From IMG/VR virus record IMGVR_UViG_3300032246_001883, positions 1 through 55,595 of that record: DNA of 55,595 nt. One strand, given 5' to 3'. A program made the translations under genes and the position numbers. Positions 31,031 to 40,360 of the stretch are shown here, piece after piece. The notes under the pieces were generated by a model. That model was not told where the DNA came from and ran no database searches. It worked only from the letters and a program-made list of their open reading frames with translations. The stretch is from a virus. Its lineage: Duplodnaviria; Caudoviricetes. Positions within the stretch are counted from its first letter, which is position 1; each line of letters begins with the position of its first letter.

Positions 31031-32041
31031 TTAATAACCTTCAGATTCTATTTTATCACGGTCAATCAATTCTATTTCTTTAAAGTTTATTGTCATGACT
31101 GTTTGTATAGGAGAACCATCTGTGTGTGCTGACCAGCCATTAGGCGCATAATTTACATCAATATTCTCTATGACACATTCTGCTACTCTACTAATTTTTG
31201 TATTGATAGCGCCTTTAAAGAAGAAATCTAAATTAAAAGTTGAAGGAGGTACCCAAAACATACCACCAACTTCTTCTACAAGTTTTGGTGCAGCGTGTTT
31301 TTTAAATGTTTTAATTATATCTTTAACCATATCAGCTTCTTGTTTTGAAGATGGCGTAAAAACAAAAGTCATTTGAAACGTTCTGAAATCAATACCATCA
31401 AATAATATTTGTTGTTGAGGATTTATTGCCAATCCTTGTGTTGATAACAATAACTTTGCTGTTGACGATTTAGCTGCGGCCAGTGTTGCTGTAGCAACTT
31501 TTCCAATAAGTGGCAAACCACTTACTAAGTTAACTATTTCATCAGCAATATCAAACATATTTAAGCTTCCGTAAGCAGCATTATTTGTAAAATTCAATGT
31601 TTCTGGTAAATATAAAGCAATAGCCGCAACTTGTGTTTGTTTTTTTGGTGTTAAACTAAAATTAATTCTATCTTTTATTTCACTTGCAGCTTTACTTACA
31701 GTATTTGTAATAGGAGTTACAGCATTTTTTGCTGCGGTTACTGCAGACTTTGTTTTGTCAAGTACACTACCAGAAGAATCAACTTCATTGTATGCTTGAG
31801 CAGCAGTTCCAGCTAATTGAGACACTGGGTTTCCGCTTTCCAATGGTTCAAAAGAAATAGGTTGTATTTCATTTATTGTAAATTGCACCCAATGACCTTT
31901 TGTTTTTGATCCCAAATCTTGTGGATAAGTATAGGTCGCTATCGAAGATTTATTACCAAATAGTTTACCCAGAGGACCTTTAAGAGCGGCTCCCGGTATT
32001 TGAATTCCAGCGACTGATGATGGTATTGATATGATGGCCAT
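31031..32041 (-). CDS. gp48: Baseplate tail-tube cap gp48
   Basis: YP.DL, I.LY.P, NP....LF.G..FR.F...F.F.P.S..EA, C....I.VNY.P, F.E.E motifs. Confidence 0.85.
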   Translation of the reverse strand: MAIISIPSSVAGIQIPGAALKGPLGKLFGNKSSIATYTYPQDLGSKTKGHWVQFTINEIQPISFEPLESGNPVSQLAGTAAQAYNEVDSSGSVLDKTKSAVTAAKNAVTPITNTVSKAASEIKDRINFSLTPKKQTQVAAIALYLPETLNFTNNAAYGSLNMFDIADEIVNLVSGLPLIGKVATATLAAAKSSTAKLLLSTQGLAINPQQQILFDGIDFRTFQMTFVFTPSSKQEADMVKDIIKTFKKHAAPKLVEEVGGMFWVPPSTFNLDFFFKGAINTKISRVAECVIENIDVNYAPNGWSAHTDGSPIQTVMTINFKEIELIDRDKIESEGY

Positions 32042-32067
32042 ATTTTTTTATAGAAAGGTGTAGGAAG

Positions 32068-32074
32068 TATTTAT
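32068..32074 (-). promoter_or_regulatory. Late promoter-like ATAAATA for the gp48 operon, overlapping the gp4 start codon on the other strand
   Basis: tatttat at 32068-32074 in the divergent gap. Confidence 0.55.
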
Positions 32075-32507
32075 GGCATATTCAGGAACATTTAAACCAA
32101 TTAATCCACAAAAATATGTTGGTGACCATAAAAACATTATTTATCGTTCTTCTTGGGAATGTCGTGTTATGGACTGGTTTGACCGAAATCCAAACATTAT
32201 TTCGTGGGCTTCAGAAGAACTGATTGTACCTTATATATCTCCAATTGATGGTAAAAAACATAGATATTTTCCCGATTTTCTTGTTAAAGTACTTACAAAA
32301 GATGGAAAAACAAAAACTTTGATGGTTGAAGTCAAACCTAAGAAACAAACAAAAGAACCTGAAAAAAAACAAAGAATCACTAAACAATACATTAATGAGG
32401 TTGCCACTTGGGGTGTCAATCAAGCAAAATGGAAAGCTGCAACAGAATATTGTTTAGATAGAAATTGGGAATTTAAAATCATAACAGAAGATGATTTAGG
32501 ACTGTAA
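32073..32507 (+). CDS. gp4: Head completion protein gp4 (TnsA-like nuclease fold)
   Basis: G.FKP.NP.KY.GD, YRSSWE, W.SEE, HRYFPDF, EVKP, NQAKW motifs. Confidence 0.93.
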   Translation: MAYSGTFKPINPQKYVGDHKNIIYRSSWECRVMDWFDRNPNIISWASEELIVPYISPIDGKKHRYFPDFLVKVLTKDGKTKTLMVEVKPKKQTKEPEKKQRITKQYINEVATWGVNQAKWKAATEYCLDRNWEFKIITEDDLGL

Positions 32508-32514
32508 CTAAATA
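32508..32514 (+). promoter_or_regulatory. Late promoter-like CTAAATA
   Basis: Directly upstream of the gp2 start. Confidence 0.55.
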
Positions 32515-32518
32515 CAAT

Positions 32519-33139
32519 ATGACTTCAAAATTAACTGAATTAACTGTAGCAAAAACTCTACTTGGTTATCCAACTATGGGTAATGACGCCTTAAAGTGGT
32601 TAAGGCAAAAAGTATCACAACTAAAAAATGTAAGGTCGATACCAGGTTCTATCAGTAGAGAGACTATAAGACATACCAACGAATTTTATCGTGGTGGTCT
32701 ATATTTTTTCTTTTATGATCCAAAAACAAAAGATGAATTACCATATTATGACACTTTTCCTTTGGTTTTAGTTTTAGAGAAATATCCAGATGGATTTTTA
32801 GGCTTAAACCTACACTACTTGCCTACCAAATACAGAGTGGCATTCCTACAAAAATTAATAGCCTATGGAGGCCTCCGTGATTCACAAAATGAGGTTAGTC
32901 GTGTTCGTATCACCTATGATATCCTGAAGACCACAAGTCAATTTAAAGAGTTTGGACCATGTCTAAAGAGATATTTGTTGACACAGGTAAGATCAAGAAT
33001 ACTTGCCATTGAACCAGAAGAATGGGATGTAGCAATAAGTTTACCAGTACAACAGTTCAAAAAGGCTTCAGCAAAAGATGTTTGGAAAGAATCCATAGAA
33101 GAAATAAAGGCAGAAACACAAAATGGCACGATCAATTAA
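32519..33139 (+). CDS. gp2: DNA end protector protein gp2
   Basis: YDPKTK..LPYYD.FPLV, GFLGLNLHYL, PCLKRYL motifs. Confidence 0.92.
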   Translation: MTSKLTELTVAKTLLGYPTMGNDALKWLRQKVSQLKNVRSIPGSISRETIRHTNEFYRGGLYFFFYDPKTKDELPYYDTFPLVLVLEKYPDGFLGLNLHYLPTKYRVAFLQKLIAYGGLRDSQNEVSRVRITYDILKTTSQFKEFGPCLKRYLLTQVRSRILAIEPEEWDVAISLPVQQFKKASAKDVWKESIEEIKAETQNGTIN

Positions 33140-33821
33140 CGATTTTAAATCAAGTTTTAAAGGTGATATTGCAAGACCAAGTAGATTTGATGTTTCTATT
33201 CCGGTTCCTGTTACATTATTGCCTTACTTAAAAACTTCTAGAAGTTTAGAGTATCGTTGCGAAAATGCAAATTTACCAGGCAGAACATTAGGAACAGTCA
33301 ATTCAAATACATATGGACCTGCTGAAAAGTTTCCATATATGAATTCATATAATGATATTGATTTGACATTTATTGTTGATGATTCTATGAACCAAAAAGT
33401 ATTTTTTGACGGATGGTTGAACTTCATCAATCCTTTATACAATAATAATTATAGATATAAAAGTGACTATTGTACAGATTTACAAATAACACAATATGAT
33501 GTGTCAAATAAGCCAAGTTATTCTGTTACATTATATGAAGCTTTTCCTGTTTCTATAAATCAAATGGACTTAGATTGGTCTAACGAAGGATACCACAAAG
33601 TAACCGTGACATTTGCTTATACATACTGGAAAAACAATTCATTGGAAGCTTTTGCGATGGAGCTTTTGGACGCTGCAATTGGAGATATTACAGATCGAGT
33701 TGGCGGACTTGGTGGTACAACAAGTGGTGCAGTTGGTGCCATTACTGGTGCTGCCACTGGTGCTGTCAGTCAAGGAGTTTCGTCAGCTGCAAACTATGCT
33801 TCAAGCATATTTAAAAAATAA
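33123..33821 (+). CDS. gp54: Tail tube initiator (gp54-like, gp19 superfamily)
   Basis: ARP.RF.V, C....LPG, L.EAFP.S....L, VTFAY..W motifs; precedes gp26. Confidence 0.75.
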   Translation: MARSINDFKSSFKGDIARPSRFDVSIPVPVTLLPYLKTSRSLEYRCENANLPGRTLGTVNSNTYGPAEKFPYMNSYNDIDLTFIVDDSMNQKVFFDGWLNFINPLYNNNYRYKSDYCTDLQITQYDVSNKPSYSVTLYEAFPVSINQMDLDWSNEGYHKVTVTFAYTYWKNNSLEAFAMELLDAAIGDITDRVGGLGGTTSGAVGAITGAATGAVSQGVSSAANYASSIFKK

Positions 33822-33839
33822 TCATAAGGAGTGATAATT

Positions 33840-34562
33840 ATGTTACCTAAACTAGATGTACCAACATATGAGATTGAATTACCAATTTCTAAAAAGAAAA
33901 TTAAATATAGACCATTTCTCGTCAAAGAACAAAAGAATTTGTTAATGGCGGTAGAATCTGATGATGCAAGCACTATACAACAAAATGTATATGATGTATT
34001 GAATAATTGTACACTTTCAGAAAATATTGACATTAATAAGTTACCAATTATTGATGTTGAATATTACTTTATTAACCTCAGAGCCAAATCTGTTGGTGAA
34101 ATTATTGAGTCAAAATACAAATGTAACAATGAAGTTAATGATGTTGTTTGTGGCAATAGTCTACAATCAAAAATTAATCTTTTAAATATTAAACCACATT
34201 TTGAAGAAGAAGTTGATCCTGTCATAAATCTTAACGAAAAAATTTCAATTAAATTAAAATATCCAGAGTTTTCAATTATAAAAAATTCTGTTGATATTGA
34301 AGACGTTACAGAAATAACTTTCAATATGATTGCTGATAGTGTTGAGTATGTGTATGACGGAGAACAATTTTATTATGCACATGAATCTCAACCTGGCGAA
34401 ATGTTAGCTTTTGTTGAATCTTTAAACCAACAACAATTTGAAAAAATAGAACACTTTTTTAATAACTTACCAAGGTTAAAAGAAACTGTAGAGATGACTT
34501 GTGGTAAATGTGGTTTTCATCACAAAATTGATGTAGAGGGACTAGAAAATTTTTTCGGATAA
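33840..34562 (+). CDS. gp26: Baseplate hub assembly protein gp26
   Basis: LPK...PTY...LP, YRPFLVKE.K.L, LRAKSVGE, C..C, GL.NFF motifs; ATG 33840 follows AGGAG. Confidence 0.9.
   Translation: MLPKLDVPTYEIELPISKKKIKYRPFLVKEQKNLLMAVESDDASTIQQNVYDVLNNCTLSENIDINKLPIIDVEYYFINLRAKSVGEIIESKYKCNNEVNDVVCGNSLQSKINLLNIKPHFEEEVDPVINLNEKISIKLKYPEFSIIKNSVDIEDVTEITFNMIADSVEYVYDGEQFYYAHESQPGEMLAFVESLNQQQFEKIEHFFNNLPRLKETVEMTCGKCGFHHKIDVEGLENFFG
34550..34556 (+). other. Putative -1 ribosomal frameshift slippery site T TTT TTC
   Basis: X XXY YYZ heptamer one codon before the gp26 stop; the -1 frame is open into the gp51-like ORF. Confidence 0.65.
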
Positions 34563-34582
34563 CGCTGTGTCATGATAGTCTC

Positions 34583-34744
34583 ATGAATTATTATCGAACA
34601 AATTTTTCCTTGATACAGCACCACAAATATAGTTTGACTGAACTTGAAGGTATGATTCCTTGGGAACGTGATATTTACATTACCATGTTAATTCAGTATA
34701 TCGAAGAAGAAAACAATAAAATTAAGGAACGCCAAAGAAAATAA
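34583..34744 (+). CDS. gp51: gp51-like baseplate hub assembly protein (53 aa; not in ORF track)
   Basis: My translation MNYYRTNFSLIQHHKYSLTELEGMIPWERDIYITMLIQYIEEENNKIKERQRK matches the HHKYSL.E.E.M.PWER.IY pattern. Confidence 0.85.
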   Translation: MNYYRTNFSLIQHHKYSLTELEGMIPWERDIYITMLIQYIEEENNKIKERQRK

Positions 34745-36322
34745 ATGGCTAGAGCAGAACCTTCAGATAAAATGAAAAACAATGCGGCTTCAATGGTAGA
34801 CATGAAGCCTATTCGTCCTTCCGTTAACGATAAGAATTTACGTTCCTCTGCTGATTTGCTTGGTGACATTTATAAATTGATGGTTAAAGCTCGAAAGAGT
34901 CAAGTTACAGATATGGAACTTGAAAGAAACCACAAAAAAGAAGAAGAATATAAAGACCAAAAAAGACACAAAGAAATATTAAAAGCTTTGACAGTCAGAA
35001 GAAAACCAAAAGCAAAAAAGAAAAAAGAAGTAAAAGAAGTAAAAAAAGATGAAAATAAATCAACTTCAAATTCTTCTGTGGTTGGTGATTTAGTCACATC
35101 TAAAGCAGTTACCGAAGCTGAAAAAACAGTTGCCAAAGCAGCAGTCAAAGAAACTGCTAAGACAGCTGAAAAAGCAGCAGTCAAAGAAACTGCTAAGACA
35201 GCTGAAAAAGCAGCAGTCAAAGAAACTGTTAAACAAGCTGAAGGTACAGCTGTTAAAGAAACTGCCAAACAAGCTGAAGGTACAGCTGTTAAAGAAACTG
35301 CCAAACAAGCTGAAGGTACAGCTGTTAAAGAAATTGCTAAACCAACAAACATACCAAAAAAAATGGAAGTGTTTCCATCTGCAACAAAAATTGGAAAAGT
35401 AACACCAAATATAGCAAAAATTGGATCTTTGTCTTTATCAACAGCAGCAATTGCAACTATTGCTGGAGAAACTGGTGCTGGAAAAGAAAAACCAGAAGTT
35501 ACTGAAAAACAAATTTTAAATAAAGCTGGCCAAATTAATCGAAATGATCCCGAAAAAGGATTTCATTCATATGGTGTATTTGGTATAAATTCAGGAACTC
35601 CAAAAAAAGGAAAACGTAATATTGTCAATAAAGGTACTTCACTTGATAATTTTATTAAAGATAATCCACAATTTGGTATGAGTTCTTCTATGACACTAGA
35701 TCAAATTGATGAATTGTGGGAAAAAAATGCAAGCAAAGATCCAAAAGGATTTCTTGAGGCTCAAAATAAATGGTATGAAAAATATGTTTTGAGTGAAGTC
35801 GCAAAAGACATGCAAAAATTTAAAGGAGATCAAACAGTAATAAATGATCCTAGAGTTTTTGATTTTCTTGCGGATAGACGCAATCAACAAGGTTCATATG
35901 GATTAACACAATCATTTGAATATGCAAAAGATTCGAAATCACCAGAAGAATTAATTACAAAAATGGCTTCTTTTGATATTGCAAATTTAGAAAATGTTTT
36001 TTCAACGGCAATAAAAAAAGCAGATAAACCTGAAAATTTTAAAAAAGGTCTAGCAGATAGGTCTAGATTAAGAGCGGAACGAGCATTAGGTAAAAAATTA
36101 AATTTAGAAATACCTAAATTAGAAATGAATAATCAAGATGATAAATCAAAATTAGATTCAATTTCAAAAGAAAATAAAGACCTTAAAGACCAATCTAATA
36201 AAAACAAACCATCAGGTTCAGGTAATGTGACAAATCAAACAACGGTTGTAAATCAAACAACAGAGCAAAGGCCACAAAGACCGGACGTTGATGATAGACC
36301 AGCACATCAAAGGATAAAATAA
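34745..36322 (+). CDS. Tape-measure-like/tail-internal protein with a putative muramidase domain
   Basis: 525 aa. Follows gp26/gp51; GETG...DP..G.HSYG.F.I.S...W...A..DP..F..AQ resembles VgrG3-like lysozyme-fold hydrolases. Confidence 0.55.
   Translation: MARAEPSDKMKNNAASMVDMKPIRPSVNDKNLRSSADLLGDIYKLMVKARKSQVTDMELERNHKKEEEYKDQKRHKEILKALTVRRKPKAKKKKEVKEVKKDENKSTSNSSVVGDLVTSKAVTEAEKTVAKAAVKETAKTAEKAAVKETAKTAEKAAVKETVKQAEGTAVKETAKQAEGTAVKETAKQAEGTAVKEIAKPTNIPKKMEVFPSATKIGKVTPNIAKIGSLSLSTAAIATIAGETGAGKEKPEVTEKQILNKAGQINRNDPEKGFHSYGVFGINSGTPKKGKRNIVNKGTSLDNFIKDNPQFGMSSSMTLDQIDELWEKNASKDPKGFLEAQNKWYEKYVLSEVAKDMQKFKGDQTVINDPRVFDFLADRRNQQGSYGLTQSFEYAKDSKSPEELITKMASFDIANLENVFSTAIKKADKPENFKKGLADRSRLRAERALGKKLNLEIPKLEMNNQDDKSKLDSISKENKDLKDQSNKNKPSGSGNVTNQTTVVNQTTEQRPQRPDVDDRPAHQRIK
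35135..35341 (+). repeat. 36-bp coding tandem repeat (AVKETAK(T/Q)AE(K/G)(A/T), about 5.5 units)
   Basis: Two subtypes, aaagcagcagtcaaagaaactgctaagacagctgaa and acagctgttaaagaaactgccaaacaagctgaaggt. Confidence 0.9.
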
Positions 36323-38016
36323 TGGCTAAAATGTCCAGAGAAGAAGCAAGATATATTCGCAATAAAAATTATAATTTATCTAGTTTAATTGAAGAAAACC
36401 TATTGCGACAAGAGGCCGGCCCGCTTGTCGCTGTTGGCCGAGCATTAAAAGAAAAATTTAATGTTTCCAAAAGATTAAGTGCAAAGGCTCAAGGCATCAA
36501 AGAAAAATTTAATCCATTGAATATTATTAAATTTATGACAGGATTCATGGGACAAAAAGCAAGTAATATTGCGACTGCTGGTTTTGGCAGAATGTTTGGA
36601 TTTTCAACTGGAGACATTCAATATTTTACTAAAAGCAGAAGTAGAATGATGGGTAGACAACAATATGAAAGACTTGGAAGATTACCAAGTGAAGGTGATA
36701 GCGAAACATTAAAACCAATTCTTAATAAAATGTATAAATTCATAAAGAAAAATTATGAAGAAGATACTAGAAGAAAAGAATTAGAAAAAAACCATCTTGA
36801 AGAAAAATCAGATAAGGATGAAAGAAGGCACAAAGAGTTATTAAAAGCTCTTGGAAAATTTACTGGAAAAGACACAGGCACAAGCACACAAACAGTCATA
36901 AAAGAAAAAGGGTCAACAGCTGAAGAACTTTTTAACTCAATGAAAATGCTTATTAAAGGCTTGGTGGTAACATTAATAGGAGCCGCTTTAAAAAGATTTA
37001 CTGGAATAATAAAAGGTGTGATTAAGCTTGTAAAGTCCTTAAGCTGGTTATCTCCATTAAAATGGTTGAAAAACCTAAAATGGTTAAAAAATATATTTAA
37101 TATGACTAGATTTATTAGATTTATGGGATTTATTCTCAGAGCTTCTCCATGGATAGCAGCTGCACTTGGTGTTGCTTGGTTGGGTATGAAAATATGGGAT
37201 TTTTTACAAGAACGTAAAGAAACAGTTCCTGAGAGAGCTGCCGAAATGTTAAAAAATCCAAATTTATTATTGAATGAAGAACAAAGAAAAGAATATGAAA
37301 ATAGTGTTAGAGAAGGAGGTAGAAGTGCAAAAGAATTGTTAGAATCAGGAGATGAAGAATCTATAAAAAATGCTGGAGGATACGATAAGTTAGTCAATCG
37401 AGTGAGATTATCTGAAGACCTTGAAGATGGCCTTCTTAAATCACAATCTGTAGAAAATTATGCAAAAGTAAAACCTAGACCAAAAGGAAAATTGCAAGCA
37501 GATTCTTGGGATTCAAAATATGGTCAACAGTATGATCCAATAACAGGCGAATTAAAGCCGGAATTAAGGAAGAAAATTGGATTAGATGCTAAACCAAGAG
37601 ATGAAAGTAAAAGATATATCCCTCCACCACGTCCGGTTGAGGAATCAGAAGATGATGATACAGCAACTTCAATTAAGAATATAGAAAAGATGCTAGAAGA
37701 CGATGATAGCTGGAAAAGTGCTGTACCTGATAATGAGCCACCAAAGCCACCACCAACAGAACCTACACAACCACCTCTTGAAATTCCACCTGAACTTTTA
37801 GAGAGTATAAGGAAAGATGAAGATAGGTTAAATAATTTAGTTAATGAAAACAATAATTTGAAATTGCCTGAAAAAGAAGAAGATAATCAATCAGTGATTA
37901 ATCAACAATCTTCAGTAATTAATAATTCAAAACCACAAAGAGATAGTATACCATCAGTGAGACCCACTGAAGATACGATTTCACGATTAATAGCTGATTC
38001 TACAAAAGTTGTTTAA
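36322..38016 (+). CDS. Second tape-measure-like protein with a hydrophobic/amphipathic central region
   Basis: 564 aa, helical; LIKGLVVTLIGAAL and PWIAAALGVAWLG segments; shares motifs with the preceding ORF. Confidence 0.55.
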   Translation: MAKMSREEARYIRNKNYNLSSLIEENLLRQEAGPLVAVGRALKEKFNVSKRLSAKAQGIKEKFNPLNIIKFMTGFMGQKASNIATAGFGRMFGFSTGDIQYFTKSRSRMMGRQQYERLGRLPSEGDSETLKPILNKMYKFIKKNYEEDTRRKELEKNHLEEKSDKDERRHKELLKALGKFTGKDTGTSTQTVIKEKGSTAEELFNSMKMLIKGLVVTLIGAALKRFTGIIKGVIKLVKSLSWLSPLKWLKNLKWLKNIFNMTRFIRFMGFILRASPWIAAALGVAWLGMKIWDFLQERKETVPERAAEMLKNPNLLLNEEQRKEYENSVREGGRSAKELLESGDEESIKNAGGYDKLVNRVRLSEDLEDGLLKSQSVENYAKVKPRPKGKLQADSWDSKYGQQYDPITGELKPELRKKIGLDAKPRDESKRYIPPPRPVEESEDDDTATSIKNIEKMLEDDDSWKSAVPDNEPPKPPPTEPTQPPLEIPPELLESIRKDEDRLNNLVNENNNLKLPEKEEDNQSVINQQSSVINNSKPQRDSIPSVRPTEDTISRLIADSTKVV

Positions 38017-38018
38017 TC

Positions 38019-38045
38019 AATAAAAAACCCCGCACTAGGCGGGGT
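38019..38045 (-). terminator. Rho-independent terminator after gp32, between convergent operons
   Basis: Stem ACCCCGC/GCGGGGT with a 5-nt loop, followed by a T-tract on the minus strand. Confidence 0.85.
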
Positions 38046-38076
38046 CCAAACTAAGTTCTGAGAAAGGAGCTTTAGT

Positions 38077-38952
38077 TTATTCGTCAGCTAACTTGGCAAA
38101 ATATGCCATGTCATCGTCATCTTCTGTAACATCAACCTCGTCAACTACTGGCTTTTTAGGAGCAGACTTAATTTGCTCAACAGTAGTACGAACAGCAGGT
38201 GCATCACCATTAATTCCCAATACTTTTTCTAGGCGGTGCAATAAATCACCATATGCCTTGAATTCTGTATCAACAACTAATGCCGAAAGAGAATGTTCGG
38301 ATTTCCAAATCTTTTCAAGTTCTTCATCATCATCTAACAATGCTGAAGCTGACATGAATTCTGATTTGTCGTAGTTTTGATAACCAGCAACCTTAGTGAT
38401 TTTCAATTTAAAGTTAGCACCTTTCCACAAATCAAATGGATTGATAGGTGTTTCATCTTCAAATTGAGGATTCATTGCTTCTGTGATTTTCTCAAAAATC
38501 TTGGCACCAAATTTAAACAATTTGACTTTGCCTTCATTTTCTGGATGTTTCGGATCAGAAACAATATAGACATTACAAATATAGCTGAGTTTGCGCTTTT
38601 GTTTACGCACAATCTCTTTGTTAGCTTCAATGCCAGAGTTCCACAACTTACTGTTATGTTCACAAACTGGACAGTTTTGATTTTTTGTCGTCAAACATTT
38701 ATCAATAAGCCAACCACCAGGTCCTTGAAAACCATGTTCAAAGAGTTTAACCCAAGGCAAACCATCTTCACCATCAATTGGTGCTGCTGGTAAGAATCGG
38801 ATTGTTGCCATACCATTGCCTGCTTTGTCTACCTCAGGCTTCCAATAATTTTCTTTATCAGATTTACCTTCGTTAGAGCTGAGTGCTTCTACGGCGGATT
38901 TGAGTTTGGCCATATTGCCTGAACTCTTTTTCAAGTTTGAGAAGTCTACCAT
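38077..38952 (-). CDS. gp32: Single-stranded DNA-binding protein gp32
   Basis: W....DKAGNG.A.IRFLP, HGFQGPGGW, CP.CE, PFDLW.GANFKLK, NYDKSEF, acidic tail. Confidence 0.96.
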   Translation of the reverse strand: MVDFSNLKKSSGNMAKLKSAVEALSSNEGKSDKENYWKPEVDKAGNGMATIRFLPAAPIDGEDGLPWVKLFEHGFQGPGGWLIDKCLTTKNQNCPVCEHNSKLWNSGIEANKEIVRKQKRKLSYICNVYIVSDPKHPENEGKVKLFKFGAKIFEKITEAMNPQFEDETPINPFDLWKGANFKLKITKVAGYQNYDKSEFMSASALLDDDEELEKIWKSEHSLSALVVDTEFKAYGDLLHRLEKVLGINGDAPAVRTTVEQIKSAPKKPVVDEVDVTEDDDDMAYFAKLADE

Positions 38953-39003
38953 AATTTACCTTTCTAGTATAAACGGAATATAAACGGATTATCCACATGA
39001 TGC

Positions 39004-39032
39004 ATTATATAATAATATTTAGGCGTTGTCAA
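39004..39032 (-). promoter_or_regulatory. Consensus sigma70 promoter for gp32 with an embedded late motif
   Basis: TTGACA-17 nt-TATAAT; CTAAATA at 39016-39022 within the spacer. Confidence 0.85.
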
Positions 39033-39528
39033 TATGATGAATTAACATTGCCAAGGTGGTTTCCACATCTTTATGATGTATTGGAATTCCACCTGCCTTC
39101 TTCCAATCACTGATAACAACATCTGTATCATCAATAATTATTGAAGTTGGTGTAGCAAACTTATATTTCAATTCTTTACCTGGAACAAAGTTTTGCTTGA
39201 ATAGAATACCATGGTCTTTTAACCATTTGGATTTTTGTGTGCTTAATTCATCATGTCTTTTTATATTTGCTGTTGATGAAAGAATTTCAGTTGGAATACC
39301 TTTTTCTAAAAAGATATTTTCAAGAGTGTTAATAAGTGTATGAGCATTAGGCATTAAATCCAAAGTTGCAAATTGTTGTGTCTGTATAAAATCATCAAAA
39401 TAACCATTGAACTTTTTTTGTGATTCTGCTTCACTTGGATGAATACCGTATCTTTCTTTATATCGCTTTTCAAAGTCAGCAATTACACCATCCATATCAA
39501 GATAAATTTTTTCTATTTTTGTGGACAT
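39019..39528 (-). CDS. HAD-family 5'(3')-deoxyribonucleotidase-like protein
   Basis: YLDMDGVIADF, ILSS, K..WL, IIDD, W..AGG motifs. Confidence 0.85.
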   Translation of the reverse strand: MSTKIEKIYLDMDGVIADFEKRYKERYGIHPSEAESQKKFNGYFDDFIQTQQFATLDLMPNAHTLINTLENIFLEKGIPTEILSSTANIKRHDELSTQKSKWLKDHGILFKQNFVPGKELKYKFATPTSIIIDDTDVVISDWKKAGGIPIHHKDVETTLAMLIHHIDNA

Positions 39529-40142
39529 AATTCTCTCATACTTTCTTTAAGGATGGTTTTAAACTTTTCTTTATCGTATTGAATAAAAGGCTTATATCTC
39601 AAACATTTTCTTTGATATGCGGGCCATATAATATCATCAGATATCTTTTTGTTCCACATAGGAAAGAAATTCATAATGTCATCGAGTATCACCAGTGTTT
39701 CAATACAAATCTTGTGTTGATTTGCACCTAATAACAAAGCAGGATAACCAGCAGATGGCACTTCAATCAGTTCATCAGGATTATTTGCCTGTTCTAAGAT
39801 ACTGATTATATCTTGTTCAAACTGATATGTCAAGCGCTGGTTTCTTTTTTGCCATTCTTTGTAGGTTTCTTCACCTTCGGCATTAGAAATATCACCAACC
39901 CAATTTACATTATTGCTTAAAAAGTTGGAAACATAAAAATATTTTAATTCTTCCAGTTTGTATTTCCTGGAAAGTCGATAAAATGTATACTTGTCTTTTC
40001 GGTTGGCAAAAGTATCTTTTGAGACACTGGTTTTACCGCCATACTTAAAATAATCATAACTATCAGAGGTAAAATGTAATTTGATTGCATTGAATAAAGC
40101 AAAGGCTGAAAAGCCCGACCCTTCCTCAAAAGTAAAACTCAT
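39513..40142 (-). CDS. gp59: Helicase loader gp59
   Basis: A.KLHF....YDYFKY.GK, F..RKD.Y.F, I..ETL.IL, Y.PF motifs; the 33-59-32 order. Confidence 0.9.
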   Translation of the reverse strand: MSFTFEEGSGFSAFALFNAIKLHFTSDSYDYFKYGGKTSVSKDTFANRKDKYTFYRLSRKYKLEELKYFYVSNFLSNNVNWVGDISNAEGEETYKEWQKRNQRLTYQFEQDIISILEQANNPDELIEVPSAGYPALLLGANQHKICIETLVILDDIMNFFPMWNKKISDDIIWPAYQRKCLRYKPFIQYDKEKFKTILKESMRELCPQK

Positions 40143-40360
40143 AGTGGCAATTTAGACGATTTTTTCATTAAATTTAAATCTTCAGCTTCTTCTCTAATTT
40201 TAGCCTTCAACGCTGGAGATATAAGAGATGCTGCTAAATCTACTTCTAGTCCTATAGTTTCACAATGATATACAATTGCATCCATTCTTGTTAGTCCCGT
40301 ATCTTGAGACAATATCTCTATCATTTCACTAAATTCTGCAATTTCTGATTTTGTTGGCAT
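40139..40360 (-). CDS. gp33: Late transcription coactivator gp33
   Basis: MDAIV..CE...E.....LIS..LK.KI..EA..LN.....KLP. Confidence 0.88.
   Translation of the reverse strand: MPTKSEIAEFSEMIEILSQDTGLTRMDAIVYHCETIGLEVDLAASLISPALKAKIREEAEDLNLMKKSSKLPL

Noticed and set aside
32073-32507. Tn7 TnsA transposase or mobile element
   Set aside because: Sequence and synteny match T4 gp4; no other Tns genes or element ends.
34900-37853. Antisense and alternative-frame ORFs (150, 72, 90, 214, 109 aa)
   Set aside because: Shadows of repetitive, Lys/Glu-rich plus-strand genes.
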